A stretch of DNA of 64,000 bases from an uncultured Chloroflexia bacterium (GCA_963765765.1 CAVXYC010000015.1:1-64000), one strand, 5' to 3'. Numbered from the stretch's first letter, positions 34,717-46,356 are shown. The notes: generated by a model not told the origin, from the letters alone. A program made the numbers and translations.

Positions 34717-35457
34717 ATGAGGATCGGCACGTCAGGGTGGAGCTATCGCCATTGGCGAGGCACGTTTTATCCGCAGGGCATGGCTGTGTCGCGCTGGTTG
34801 GAGCATTACGCGCAGGTGTTCGACTGTGTTGAGGTGAACGGCTCCTTCTACAGATTGCCGAAGCGCTCGACATTCATTGACTGGGCCGCCCGAACACCTT
34901 CGGATTTCCGATTCGCCGTCAAGGGGAGCCGCTTCATCACGCACTACAAGCGGCTCCAAGAGCCCCGTGAGCATGTGGAGCGGTTTTTCGATGCGGCTAC
35001 GGGACTTGGCGAAAAGCTGGGGCCCGTGCTCTGGCAGCTTCCCCCGGACTTTGCCCGTGACGATCACGTCCTCGATGAATTTCTGGAGCACCTTCCGCGA
35101 TTCAGCTTGAATACGTTGGAGTTTCGGCACGAAAGCTGGCTGGTGGAGCCAGTCTTCGAAATGCTGCGGCGCCATGGAGTGTCGCTGTGCATTCCCCACC
35201 ATCCAAAGATGCCCATGGCGCCACTCCTGACGGTGCCCTGGACATATATTCGCTTTCACTACGGTCCGAGCTCTGATGGCGATTACCCAGATGATGCGCT
35301 GGGCCGCTGGGCCCGCTGGATTGAGGCGCTTCCCGAATCTAATCAACCGTCATGGGCCTTTTTCAACAACGACTGGCAGACGTATGCGCCAAGAAACGCT
35401 GTGACGCTTCGCAACCAGTTGCGTGCTAGTCAGGGTTTAAGGCTCGAGGCCGGCTGA
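34717..35457 (+). CDS. DUF72 (YecE-like) protein
   Basis: IGTSGWSY, VEVNGSFY, ITHYKRL, LWQLPP, EFRHESW, YIRFH, FFNND. Confidence 0.93.
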   Translation: MRIGTSGWSYRHWRGTFYPQGMAVSRWLEHYAQVFDCVEVNGSFYRLPKRSTFIDWAARTPSDFRFAVKGSRFITHYKRLQEPREHVERFFDAATGLGEKLGPVLWQLPPDFARDDHVLDEFLEHLPRFSLNTLEFRHESWLVEPVFEMLRRHGVSLCIPHHPKMPMAPLLTVPWTYIRFHYGPSSDGDYPDDALGRWARWIEALPESNQPSWAFFNNDWQTYAPRNAVTLRNQLRASQGLRLEAG

Positions 35458-35485
35458 CGTCTCCTGGCAAAGACAGCGCCCAGTA

Positions 35486-35547
35486 TTGCGCGAAGCGCCT
35501 TGGAAAGCGGCGCTCCCGCACGCCGCACTCCAAGGCGCTTCGCGCAA
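35486..35547. repeat. Palindromic REP element (TTGGAGTGCGGCG family)
   Basis: TTGCGCGAAGCGCCTTGGA...TCCAAGGCGCTTCGCGCAA 19-bp arms with an inner GCGGCG/CGCCGC stem. Confidence 0.75.
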
Positions 35548-35640
35548 AGTGTTCATTGACCCATGGATCAATCTAGGAAACAATTGCCACCGTGAATCGA
35601 ACAACGACGCGTCGGTCGGGGCCGACGCGATGATGCGCGC

Positions 35641-37083
35641 GTGGCTGTAACCGGGGCTGGCTCTTCTAGCGAAGCCTCTTCTCCGGCGAAGAAGCCACCC
35701 GGTGGCCGTAAGCTCACTACCGGCAGCATTCCTCACAATCTGTGGTTCCTCGCCTGGCCCGCCACGCTTTCCGGATCACTCCACACGGTGGACCTGCTCA
35801 TGGAGATCGTGTGGGCCGGGTTTCTGGGCACGTCCTCCATTGGCGGGATCGGGGTGGCTCAGGGCTGGGTGCAGCTTTTCAACACCGCGCGTACAGGGTT
35901 GGATTCGGCCACTCGCGCCATGGTGTCACGCGCGATCGGCGCAGGCGATCACCGAGCGGCGAGTCATGCTGCCATGCAGGCCTTGTTACTCAATGGGGGG
36001 CTGGCGCTGATTATCCTTGTGATCGGCAGCGCCCTGGCGTATCCACTCTTGCGAGTCATCGGAGTATCCGATGCCATTGCCGAGGAAGGCGCCAGCTATC
36101 TGCGTTGGCGGTTTATCTCGACCACGACATTCGCGGTGCTGATGGTAACGATGTCGATTTTGCAGGCCGCCGGTGATCCGATTACGCCGATGAAGGCCAA
36201 TATGGTCGGTCGTGTCATTCATATGATCGTGTCGCCATTTTTGATCTTCGGGTGGGGAGTACCCGGTATGGGTATCGCTGGCTCCGCCGCCGGATTCACC
36301 ATTGCCCAGATCATCAGTGTGGCGATCACCGCTCACGCACTGTTCTCGCCATCGGCGCGATTCCAATTGTCGCTCAAGGGCGTTTCGGTAGATTTCCCGA
36401 TGATGTGGCGCATGCTGAAGATCGGGCTTCCCGCGTCCGTGACAAGCGGTGAGCGCTCGCTCGCGCAGCTATTGCTCATCGGCATCGTGGCGCCTTTTGG
36501 CGACGTGGCCATCGCGGCGTTTGCGCTGGTGCAGCGGCTTCAGTCATTCGTCAATCTCGGACTTGTCGGCCTCGCCCAGGCGGCCGGCGTGCTGTCCAGT
36601 CAAAATCTGGGGGCTCAGCGGCTGGATCGCGCTCGCGCCTCAGCGAACTGGGCGGTGATCTTTACCGTCGTGCTGTGCATCGTCTTTGGAATTCTCTTTT
36701 ACGCCGTACCAGAGCAGATTCTGCATCTGTTCACACGTGATGAAGCGCTGGTGGCAACGGGAGTCACCTGGCTGCGCATCATGGCCATCGGATTTCTCTT
36801 CATGGGCGTTGGCGACGTCTTCATGTACGTGCTCAACACCGCGGGCGACACAGTCTTGCCTATGATCGTCAGCTTGCTGAGCATCTGGGCGGTGCAGCAG
36901 CCGGCCGCGATCTTCCTATCCGGCCAGACGGTTGGCATGGAGATCTTCGGACAGCCACTTCCTGTCCTCACAGGTCTCGGCGATCAAGGCGTTGTCTGGG
37001 CCATGGTCGTTGCGCTTATCTTTCGCCTGTGCATTTACGCGCCGTACTTCTACCTGGCGCCCTGGTATCGGAAGAAGATCTGA
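35641..37083 (+). CDS. MATE family efflux transporter
   Basis: LTTGSI...LAWP, AGDPITPM, GMGIAGSA, IGLPAS, QNLGA, AGDTVLPM. 12 TMs. Confidence 0.9.
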   Translation: MAVTGAGSSSEASSPAKKPPGGRKLTTGSIPHNLWFLAWPATLSGSLHTVDLLMEIVWAGFLGTSSIGGIGVAQGWVQLFNTARTGLDSATRAMVSRAIGAGDHRAASHAAMQALLLNGGLALIILVIGSALAYPLLRVIGVSDAIAEEGASYLRWRFISTTTFAVLMVTMSILQAAGDPITPMKANMVGRVIHMIVSPFLIFGWGVPGMGIAGSAAGFTIAQIISVAITAHALFSPSARFQLSLKGVSVDFPMMWRMLKIGLPASVTSGERSLAQLLLIGIVAPFGDVAIAAFALVQRLQSFVNLGLVGLAQAAGVLSSQNLGAQRLDRARASANWAVIFTVVLCIVFGILFYAVPEQILHLFTRDEALVATGVTWLRIMAIGFLFMGVGDVFMYVLNTAGDTVLPMIVSLLSIWAVQQPAAIFLSGQTVGMEIFGQPLPVLTGLGDQGVVWAMVVALIFRLCIYAPYFYLAPWYRKKI

Positions 37084-37126
37084 GTGTTGAGTGATCGCTC
37101 TAAAGCGCTTCGGGCCAATTTGAGGT

Positions 37127-37354
37127 TTACAACCACCCTGAGCGCCGGAACCCGATATAGAGCGCTGCACAGATGGCGGCCATCGCCCCAAGGATGGCCG
37201 GGTACCCGTACTCCCAGCGAAGCTCGGGCATGCCATCGAAGTTCATGCCGTACACGCCCGCGATCATGGTGGGAACCGCGATGATCGCCGCCCAGGTAGC
37301 CAGGCGTCGCTGCTGACGATTCTCCTGCGATGACGAAATCGCAAGCTGCCGCAT
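37127..37354 (-). pseudogene. corA: CorA C-terminal (TM-only) fragment
   Basis: WAAIIAVPTMIAGVYGMNFDGMPELRWEYGYP...FRRSGWL. The large cytoplasmic domain is absent. Confidence 0.75.
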
Positions 37355-37493
37355 CTCATCATTGATGGCTACACGCACTCCAAAGGGCTGGTAGTGGCCA
37401 CCGCGCGAATCAGTATTGCTTGAATGCCCATGAGCAGCATCGCTACAAGTTAGCCTAGTACGAGCTACCCAGCTCATCCGTGGAGGTCTCGCC

Positions 37494-38715
37494 ATGTGGA
37501 GGCAAATCCGGCCAGGGCATCGATGGTCCATCGGGACGTTCGTCATCGTCGCGCTTCAGCTCCTTGCCTGTGCCCCGGCGGCGCAGCCCTCGGCTGCGCC
37601 GCCAACAGCCGCACCGTCCGCGGAAGCGGCAGCCGCCCCGCAGCCGGCAGCGAACCCCGGTGCGGCGGGAAGCGCCAAGGAGAGCTGGCAAACAGAATGG
37701 GACCGCACCGTGGCGGCGGCCAAGCAGGAGAAGCTCGTCGTTATCACCCAGCCGTCCTCATTGGAAAAAGAGGTCATCGGCGAGTTTCAGAAGGCGTTTC
37801 CTGATATCCCCGTGGAGCACACCGGTGCTCGACCCAGCGATATCTCCCCCAAGATCATCACGGAGCAGCAGAACGGTGTCTTCGCCTGGGATGTGATGCA
37901 GGGCCCCGGGAACAACATGAACAACGTGCTACTGCCGGGCAGGCGCATATCAGGACATCCAGCCGTATTTCCTGCGTCCGGATGTCATGGACGACTCCAA
38001 GTGGGGTGGCGGCGGGTTCGAAATGTACTCGTCACCCAAGGGGCGCTTTATCTTCAACGACTTTGTCCAGTACAGCAACACGTCCGCCATCTTCATAAAT
38101 CGAGACAAGATACCGGCGAGCGACCTCAATGACTTCGACGATCTGCTCAAGCCGCAGTTCAAGGGCATGTTTGTAGCCGACGACTGCACTGTGGCCGCGC
38201 ACGGGCTGACCACCGTCTGGGGAATGTACAACTCCAAGGGGGAGGACTTTGTGCGCCGGCTCCTGACGGAGCAAAAGCCGGTATTTCAGGACACGATCCG
38301 CGTTACCACCGAGTGGATTGCAACGGGGCGGTATCCGATTGCCATTGGGATGGATGTGCCGACGTTACTCGAGTTCCAGAAGAACGGCATCGGCATGAAC
38401 ATCGATCGGATCAAGGCCTATCAGGTGAGCGCCCGTGGCGTGGCAGTGTTTAAGAACGCGCCGCACCCCAACGCCGCTAAGGTCTACGTGAACTGGGCCT
38501 TGAGCCGCGAGGGCCAGTCGGCCTGGGTGAACTCGAGCCAGAAATGGAACCCGCCCGGATGGAACTCGCGCCGCCTCGATGTCGCCGCATCGGACCCAGA
38601 GAATCAGGTGGACTGGACGAAATTCAATGCCGCCACGGAGCCTGTTTGGGGGAGTGACAGCGGAATTCCGGTGTCTGAAAAGCTCATCGCGATGTGTAAG
38701 GAAGCCAAGGGCTAG
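37494..38715 (+). CDS. ABC-type solute-binding lipoprotein (Fe3+/thiamine-like cluster), frameshift near 37940
   Basis: Lipobox LLAC, Pro/Ala linker, WDRTVAAAKQE, APHPNAAKVYVNWALSREGQ. Confidence 0.85.
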
Positions 38716-38810
38716 GGCGGTGTCCAGCAGAGGGACGACCCTATCCCAGCGGTCCCCGCGCACGGGGAGCGTTGGGATGGGGTCTCTCGCTAGCTCCTGG
38801 CGCCAAAGGC

Positions 38811-39206
38811 CTACGTCACCTTGACGATCAGGTCGATCTCCACAAGCCCCCCGAGAGCCAGGCCGGTGACACCGACGGTGGTGCGCCCCGGCAATTTTCC
38901 GGGCTCGAAGTAACTCGCGTACACGGCGTTCATCTGCGCGTAATCGTCTTCGAAGTTGCGTAGGTACACACGAGCGAAGACGACCTGATCCAGCGCCGTT
39001 CCGGCACCGGCCAGCACCGTCTGAAGATTACGCATTACCTGATGCGTTTGCTCGACGATGCCGCCCTCGACGAGCCGGTCGCCGGATACCGTGCCGAGTT
39101 GGCCTGTTACGAAAAGGAAGTCGCCCGCGCGGACGGCGTGACTATACGCTGCAGTCGGCGGTGGAGGTGGCGCGCCGGACGCCATGAGGAATTCAAGCTC
39201 AGCCAT
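38811..39206 (-). CDS. RidA/YjgF family enamine deaminase
   Basis: YSHAV, FVTGQ, MNAVYASYF, PGRTTVGV, LVEID. TAGAAT 7 nt upstream of the ATG. Confidence 0.92.
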   Translation of the reverse strand: MAELEFLMASGAPPPPPTAAYSHAVRAGDFLFVTGQLGTVSGDRLVEGGIVEQTHQVMRNLQTVLAGAGTALDQVVFARVYLRNFEDDYAQMNAVYASYFEPGKLPGRTTVGVTGLALGGLVEIDLIVKVT

Positions 39207-39419
39207 GAGCGGTATTCTAGGAGACTGGCTTGCACTTATCGGCAAAGTGGGATTCGGGATAAGTGGATGACCGACCCCTTCCAACTGCGTCAGGAAGGGG
39301 TGGGGTCATAGTTATCTGGAGGTTTAGGAGGGGCATGCGGCCACCATTTTTCTGTTCACGGCCCATCTCTGTCGCAGCGGGGGCGGCGGTGGAATCCTCC
39401 GCGCTACCTAATGAAAGCT

Positions 39420-40657
39420 CTACGTCGGCGTGTCCGCCTCGATTAATTTGTCCAGTCGCTCCATGACGGACTTCGGCAAGTGCAGATACTCAGTGATCAT
39501 CTGCTGGAGCCGATCGCCGGAAACGGGGATGACGTCGAGCTGTATCTGTTGGGCATCGGTCAAAAATAGCGGGTCGGCCATGGTTGCCGCGAACGCTGCT
39601 CGCAAGCCCTCGAGGGTCTTTTGGCTCCAGTTTCGGCGGCGCCATGAAGGGACGACCCCACTCGTTGGGCTGCGCAGTGAACGTCAAAAGCTGCTTGGCG
39701 TCCGCGTCTCGACTGGCGAAGAGCTCACTCGCCCGCGGCACTCCCGCCAGGAGCGGGTCGTCCAAGCGGTCACCAATGACCAGGACGGGCACCAGCGTGC
39801 CGTTCTGGATGTTCGCCAGCGCCGCGCGGCGTTGGCCGTCCCAACTGCTGACGATGGAGTCCACCTCGCCGCGCTCGATACCGAGCAGCCTGCCGGCTGT
39901 ACCCTCGTATCCAAAGACGCCCTTGATCTGCCACCCGAGCCCAGCATTGAGCAGGATCTGGTTGATGTGCGAGGCTCGAGCCGGGCGTGACCTGGGCGTT
40001 GGTCAGAGTCTTTGACTCGAGCTGCTTTATATTGGCGGGGGTGATACCCGTTCGCCTGTGGACCAGCAGACTATCGCCGAGTACCGTAGGGCTACCCAGC
40101 CAGCCGAATTGCTCGGCGTCGTAGCGAACGCCCTGCTCGGGGCCTTCGCCGCGGAGCTGGAAGGTCATGACGCCGTTATCGAACAACCCGATGGTGAGGC
40201 CATCGGGTTTGGCAGCGTAGATGAAGTTCGCGGCAATGCGGTCGCCGCCCCCCGGGATGTTCTGGACGATGACGTTTGGGTTACCTGGCAGGAAGCGACC
40301 GATGTGCCTTGCCACGACGCGGGCCGTGGAGTCAGTGCCTCCGCCCGGCGGCTGGCTCACGATGACCGTGAGCGTCTTACCTTCCCAGACGGGCGCCAGG
40401 CTTGCGTCCGCGGAGGCCGCTGGATTGGCCGCGGGTGCGGCTGCCGCTGGTGAGCTTGCGGGTTGCGGAGCTGGGGAAGCCGCGGAAGACGCGGCAGGTG
40501 AAGCTGCCGCGGGGGGCACGGCGGGTGCCGCGGACGCGGCCGGGGGCGGCTTGGGAGCCGCTGTTGTCGGACTGGCCGGCGCGGGCGCAGAGCACGCGCT
40601 ACCCATCACCAGAAGGCCTACTGATACCACCTCTAGCCATCGCTTACCGAGTCCCAT
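39420..40657 (-). CDS. Tripartite tricarboxylate transporter substrate-binding lipoprotein (Bug/TctC-like), several frameshifts
   Basis: Lipobox GSAC, PPGGGTDSTAR, PGNPNVIVQNIPGGG, KPDGLTIG, ERGEVD, GRPFMAPP, AFAATMADP. Confidence 0.85.
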
Positions 40658-40903
40658 CGCTCCACCTTCCGGGTGAGCCTGGTGTTTCGCCAGGTCACCG
40701 AGCTGTGTTCCCGATGCCAGTGCATGCGCGTCCCGGGTATTCGTGACGACAAGAGCCGGATGGCTGGACGCGCGGGCGGGTCGATCCTCGGGCGGCGGAT
40801 CTTGCGGCCGATTATATTGCGTGTGGACTCGGCTGGATAGTGTGCTGAGGTTGCTATGATGCGCATGGCCTATTGAGCGCATGAATTTCAGCGGGAGTAG
40901 ATC

Positions 40904-42591
40904 ATGACCTATGACGTGCTGATTCGCGGCGGTCGAGTCATCGATGGCTCGGGCCTGCCCGGGTACCGAGCGGACGTTGGAATTCGTGATGGGAAGATCG
41001 TCGAGATCGGACGACTTTCAGGCGGCGCAGCTCAGAACGATCGATGCTGACGGCCTGGTCGTTTCTCCTGGCTTTATCGACCACCACACGCACATGGACG
41101 CGCAGCTTTTCTGGGACCCGTTTGCCACGTGCGAGCCCCAGAATGGCGTCACCACCGCCATCATGGGCAACTGCGCCCTCACCTTAGCGCCCGTGAAAGA
41201 CGGCGATGAGGATCCGCTGGTCAGCAGCTTCGTCCGTGTGGAGGCGATGCCGCGACCGGCGCTCTCAGGCTGGGATTCCGTGGGGCTGGCACAGCTTTGG
41301 TGAGTACCTGGATGTGTTGAATGGCCGTGTTGGCATCAACGTTGGTGGCCTGGTCGGCCACATCGCCGTGCGACAGAACGTCATGGGCGAAGAGTCAGTT
41401 GAGCGCGCGGCTACCGATGATGAGGTGAAACGCATGCAGGGCGTAGTGGCTGAGTCACTTCGCGGTGGCGCGCTGGGCCTCTCCACGAACCGGAATCAGC
41501 GTCACATGCGTGAGGATATGAAGCCGATCGCCAGCCGAATGGCAACGGACGAGGAGTTCTTCCAGCTCGCCGACGTCCTGGGCGAGATGAACTCCGGCAT
41601 TCTTCAGGTCAGCCTCGGTATTCACGTCGTGGGGCACATCCCGTGGTATCACCGGCTCGCTCAGAGAAGCGGTCGCGCCGTGGTCTGGCAGAGTGTGCGA
41701 CACCGGTGGAACGAGCCCCATCTATGGCGTGAGCAGCTCGATGCCGTGGCACACACGTTTGCAGACGGTCACCGCACCTACGGCATCACCGAGACGTCCT
41801 CGTCCGTGAGTCGCTTCACCCTCAAGAACATGCAAACGTTTGATGAGTTTCCCACCTGGAAGAGCGTCATGTTTCTGCCTGAAGTCACCCGTAGGGAGGC
41901 GCTACGCGAGCCCGAGACACGTGACCGAATGCGCGCCGAGCTGGCGGAGGACCGACAGACCTCGTTCCACAAGCGCTGGAACCTGGTCTTCGTCAAGAAG
42001 GTCGCGCAGGATGCGCACAAAGAGTATGTCGGGAAGGACATCGGCACCATAGCGGCGTTACGCGGACAGGACCCGCTGGACGCGTTTCTGGATCTGGCGC
42101 TGGAGGAGAATTTCGAGACGCTCTTTGAGACAAACACGGTCGGCGGTGACGAGGACGTCACGGGACAAATTCTGCGTAGCCCGCACGTCATCATCGGTCA
42201 GTCCGACGCGGGGGCGCATATCCAGTACCAGGCCGACTTTGGCTACGGGACGCGCCTGCTGGGCCACTGGGTGCGCGACCGCGGTGTCATGACGCTGGAG
42301 CAGGCGATCAACAAGCTCACCTCCGAGGTGGCCTGGATCTACGGTATCCATGACCGAGGCCTGGTGCGCCCTGGTTACGCCGCCGATCTCATCGTGTTCA
42401 ACCCCGAGACGGTAGGCCCCTGCGAGCCAGAATGGGCTGAAGACTTTCCGGCTCAGACACGACGCATGATCCAGACATCGGACGGCGTCCAATGCACGCT
42501 GGTCAATGGTCGAGTGGTCTACGAGGATAGCCGGCTGACGGGAGATATGGCGGGATCAGTCTTGCGTGGGTCCGCGTACGCGGGGGCGTAG
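40904..42591 (+). CDS. N-acyl-D-amino-acid deacylase-like amidohydrolase (frameshifts)
   Basis: MTYDVLIRGGRVIDGSG, PGFIDHHTH, GNC, SDAGAH, DRGLVRPGYAAD. Confidence 0.88.
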
Positions 42592-42623
42592 ACGGGTTCC
42601 CTTTCGCGATCTCCGCAGAGAAG

Positions 42624-42647
42624 GAAGGCTACCGTAAGGTAGCCTTC
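42624..42647. terminator. Hairpin with GNRA loop between convergent paralogues
   Basis: GAAGGCTACC-GTAA-GGTAGCCTTC. Confidence 0.6.
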
Positions 42648-42675
42648 TCAATTCCAGTAACCCGTGGCGCTTTAG

Positions 42676-44374
42676 CTAGACCGCTACAGCCTCCCTTGAA
42701 TACGCAGACCCGCGCAGCACGCTACCAGGCAGATCGCCGCTGAGCTTGCCGTCGTCGAATACCACTCGACCATTCACGATGGTCTGGTGGATGCCCTCTG
42801 AGCTCTGGACCATGCGGCGGGTGTTGGCCGGGAAGTCCTCGGCCCACTCCGGGGGTGCAGGCATTGACCGTGTCCGGATCGAACACCACGAGATCCGCGG
42901 CGTAGCCCGGCTGGACGAGGCCGCGACCTTGAATGCCGTAGATCCAGGCGACCTGATAGGTGAGCTTATGTACGGCTTCTTCCAGTGACATGATGCCCTT
43001 GTCGCGCACCCAGTGACCCAGCAGCGTGGTGCCATAGCCAAAGTCGGCCTGGAATTGGATGTGCGCCCCCGCGTCAGACTGCCCTACCAGGATGTGCGGG
43101 TTGCACAGGATCTGGGCCGTCACGTCCTCATCGCCATCCGTGTTGCTGGATGAGTAGGTGGTCTCGAGATCTTCCTCAAGGCCAAGGTCAAGGAATGCAT
43201 CCAGCGGGTCCTGGCCGCGCATTTGAGCGACCTGCGCGATGCTTTTGTCTACAAAGCGCTCGTTCTCGGGCTTCGCCACCTTGCGAACGAATACGTATTC
43301 CCACTTGCGGTGGAAGGATGTCTGGCGATCGGTTGCCAGCTCCTCCCTGAAGCGCGCCCGCGTCTCTGGTTCCCTCAACGCCTGCTTCTTCACCTCGGTC
43401 GGCAGGAACATGACGTTTTTCCATGTAGGGAACTCGTCAAAGGTCTGGACGTTCTTCAGCGTGAATCGACCGTTGACCAGTCCGGCTTCGGTGATGCCGT
43501 AGGTGCGGTAACCGTCCGCGAAGGTCTTGGCAACGGCGTCAAGCTGCTCTCGCCAGAGGTCGGGCTCCGCCCAGCGATGATGCACGCTCTGCCAGATGAT
43601 GGGTCGGCCCGTCCGCTTAGCGAGCTCCGCATACCACGGAACATCTTCCACCACGTGGAGGCCGAGACTGATCTGCAGCAGGCCTGTGCTCATCTCGCCG
43701 CATACGTCGGCCAGCCTGAAGAACTCTTCATCCGTTGCCATGCGGCTGGCAATGGGCTTCATGTCCTCACGCATGTGGCGCTTATTGCGATTGGTCGAGA
43801 GGCCCAGCGCGCCCCCGCGGAGCGACTCGGCCACCACGCCGCGCATCTGCTCGACTTCCGCGTCCCTGGCCGCGCGCTCGACGGACTCCTCGCCCATTAC
43901 CGATTGGCGTACGGCAATGTGGCCCAGCAGTCCGCCAACATTGATCCCCACACGACCTTCCAGCGCGTCGAGGTACTCGCCGTACGTGTGCCAGCCCCAG
44001 GGGATGCCCGCTTCCAATGCAGCCCGCGGCATGGCCTCTACCCGAATGAAGCTCTGGAGCAGCGAGTCCTCATGGCCGTCCTTCACAGGCGCTAGGGTGA
44101 GCGCGCAGTTGCCCATGATGGCGGTGGTCACGCCGTTTTGCGGCTCGCAGGTGCCGTACGGATCCCAGAAGAGCTGGCCGTCCAGGTGGGTGTGATGATC
44201 GATGAAGCCCGGCGCCACCACCCTGCCACTGGCATCAATGGTGCGCGCCGCGCTGCCGCTGAGGCGGCCGATCTCGACCACCTTTCCGTCCTTCACGCCC
44301 ACATCGGCCACATAGCCCGGCAGTCCCGAGCCGTCCACCACCCGGCCACCCTTGATCAACAAATCGAATGTCAT
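42676..44374 (-). CDS. N-acyl-D-amino-acid deacylase-like amidohydrolase, paralogue 2 (frameshift near 42855)
   Basis: MTFDLLIKGGRVVDGSG, PGFIDHHTH, GNC, SDAGAH. The C-terminus is in ORF 42676..43041. Confidence 0.9.
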
Positions 44375-44425
44375 GGCTGCACCTCCTGCTTCCAACGTCA
44401 GTCGGTAGAGAGACCCGTTCAGGTC

Positions 44426-44504
44426 CGGTGGGACAGGCGTCTCTGCCTGTCCCGTCAAAATCAGCTCCTCACTTACTGGACAGGCAGAGACGCCTGTCCC
44501 ACCG
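44426..44504. repeat. REP doublet (GTGGGACAGGCGTCTCTGCCTGTC family), copy 1
   Basis: CGGTGGGACAGGCGTCTCTGCCTGTCC and its exact reverse complement at 44478-44504. Confidence 0.85.
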
Positions 44505-44505
44505 A

Positions 44506-45676
44506 CTAGCTCGCCGGCAGGCCAAGCGCCTCGAGGTACTTCGCCTCGTATTTCTTGTAATTCAGCTCGTACTCAAGCGGTGAGAGCTTCAGGGTCATGT
44601 TGTTCTCTTCCAGGATCTTGGCGGGGCCCGTGCCCGATCCTGGAAGCGGTTTGCCTTTGAAGCGCTCCTTATCCATCAGCGCCACGCCTTCTGGACCGAC
44701 AAACCAGTGCATGAAGAGTCGTCCCGCGTTCGGATGCGGCGCCTGTGCATGAACTGTGTAGCCCGGCCCCGGCTGGTTCGTATACACCTCTTGCAGTGGA
44801 ATGAACTCCCATGGCTGGCCCTTGGGTTTGAACTTGACCAGGTTGTGCAAGTAGGTGCCGATGGCAATGGGAAACTCGCCCGCAACCAGCAGTGTGTCTG
44901 TAGCCGTGTTCCCGGTCACCATACGTGGAGTCTGCTCTTTGAGCTTTTTCATGTACTCCACCACGGCCTCTTCGCCGCCCATGAACGGTGTGCCATAGAC
45001 AAACGGCCGCAAACGTGCCCTCCAGGCCAAGCTTGCCCTTCCACTTCGGGTCCAGAAAATCATTCCAGGTTTTGGGCAGCTCTTCCGACTTCACCAGGTT
45101 CGGGTTGTAAGAGGCCAGGTAGACCGTCCACTCAGGCGTGTAAGTGCCCTCGTACTGCTGCTCCATGGGCACGCCGGCGGCGACGAGTAGGTCGGCATTG
45201 TTTGTAAGAAGCTTCGCTTCCTTGTAGGCCTCGTAGCTCTGGCCCGTATCGATGAAGTCAAGGCTCACGCGCCCGGCCCGCGTCTCGGCGATGGCCTTTG
45301 GTCTCAGCTCATCGAGGTTGCCCTCGAGATACTCGAACTCAATGCCTGGATACGTCTTCTTGAAGCCGTCCATGAACGTCTGGGCCACGCGCAGCTCGTG
45401 CTGGTCCCACCAGACCACCTTGCCTTCCTTCTTAGCGCCTTCGTAGAGCTGGTCCACGACGTTGGCCGGCTTGGCGGCGGCAACGGCGGCCGCTGTTGGT
45501 GGCGGTGCGGCGCCGCTCGCGGGAGCCGCTGGAGCGGTGGTGGGGGCCGCCGCCTTTTGAGCGGGTGCCGCGGTGGGGGAAGGAGTGGTCGGCGCGGCAC
45601 AAGCGGCCATCAACGCACTGCCCGATCCCAGTAACACAAGGCGAAGGAAGCTTCGCCGGTTGGTCGTGCTCATCAT
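44506..45676 (-). CDS. Tat-lipoprotein ABC solute-binding protein (frameshift near 45020)
   Basis: NRRSFLR, lipobox MAAC, YEGAKKEGKVV, PKTWNDFLDPKWKGK, APHPNAGRLFMHW. Confidence 0.85.
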
Positions 45677-46041
45677 GATCCTCCCCTAGGCCGCCAAACC
45701 AACGCGGCCGACCAGACAATGGATCCCGGAACGCCCGAGTCTCAGTATGCATCCAAGCGGCGATTGCCTCAACGTATTAGAGGCTACGGGGAGGGGTTAG
45801 GGATAAGTACGCTGGGAGGATCCTGTTAATGGCCGGCAGCAAGCGCAAGGCCTTAAGGGTAGGGGCGTCTTCTCTCGCGCGCCTTGTTGATGACGGAAAC
45901 CAACGCGGGTCGCACCCTGGCATGGCAAAGGGCGAAAAGTCATTGCACACAAGCGACAAACAAGATGCAGTAGTCGCTTATGTCCTTGCTGTCCCTCGTG
46001 TCCTTTAAGGGACTTAGATTCGGCGAGTCGGTTCTAGTGCT

Positions 46042-46356
46042 CTACCAGACTGCCGTGGCCGGATGAAGATCGAGAAGCGTCTCGTGCCACGAGTGCTCGC
46101 TGGGGCCTGACTCGAGCCCCTCGAGTCTTTCCCGAGTTTGGGCGAATGCTTCGTCGGTGTGCCAGGCTTCCCACGCTGCGCGTGTCTCCCAGGTGCCCAC
46201 GATGATCCTCTTATTGAGAGCATCGATCGGCATCAGAAGCTGTCCACCAATCCAGCCTGGTTGTGCGCGCGCCGCCTCCAGACGTTCACGCATCGCCTCA
46301 TCCCAGGCGGGCTCCATCCCGTCCCGCAGCGTAACGGTCGTAATGATGGTCATCAT
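46042..46356 (-). CDS. Antibiotic biosynthesis monooxygenase (ABM) domain protein
   Basis: QPGWIGGQLL...WETRAAWEAWH dimeric alpha/beta barrel pattern. Confidence 0.8.
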   Translation of the reverse strand: MMTIITTVTLRDGMEPAWDEAMRERLEAARAQPGWIGGQLLMPIDALNKRIIVGTWETRAAWEAWHTDEAFAQTRERLEGLESGPSEHSWHETLLDLHPATAVW

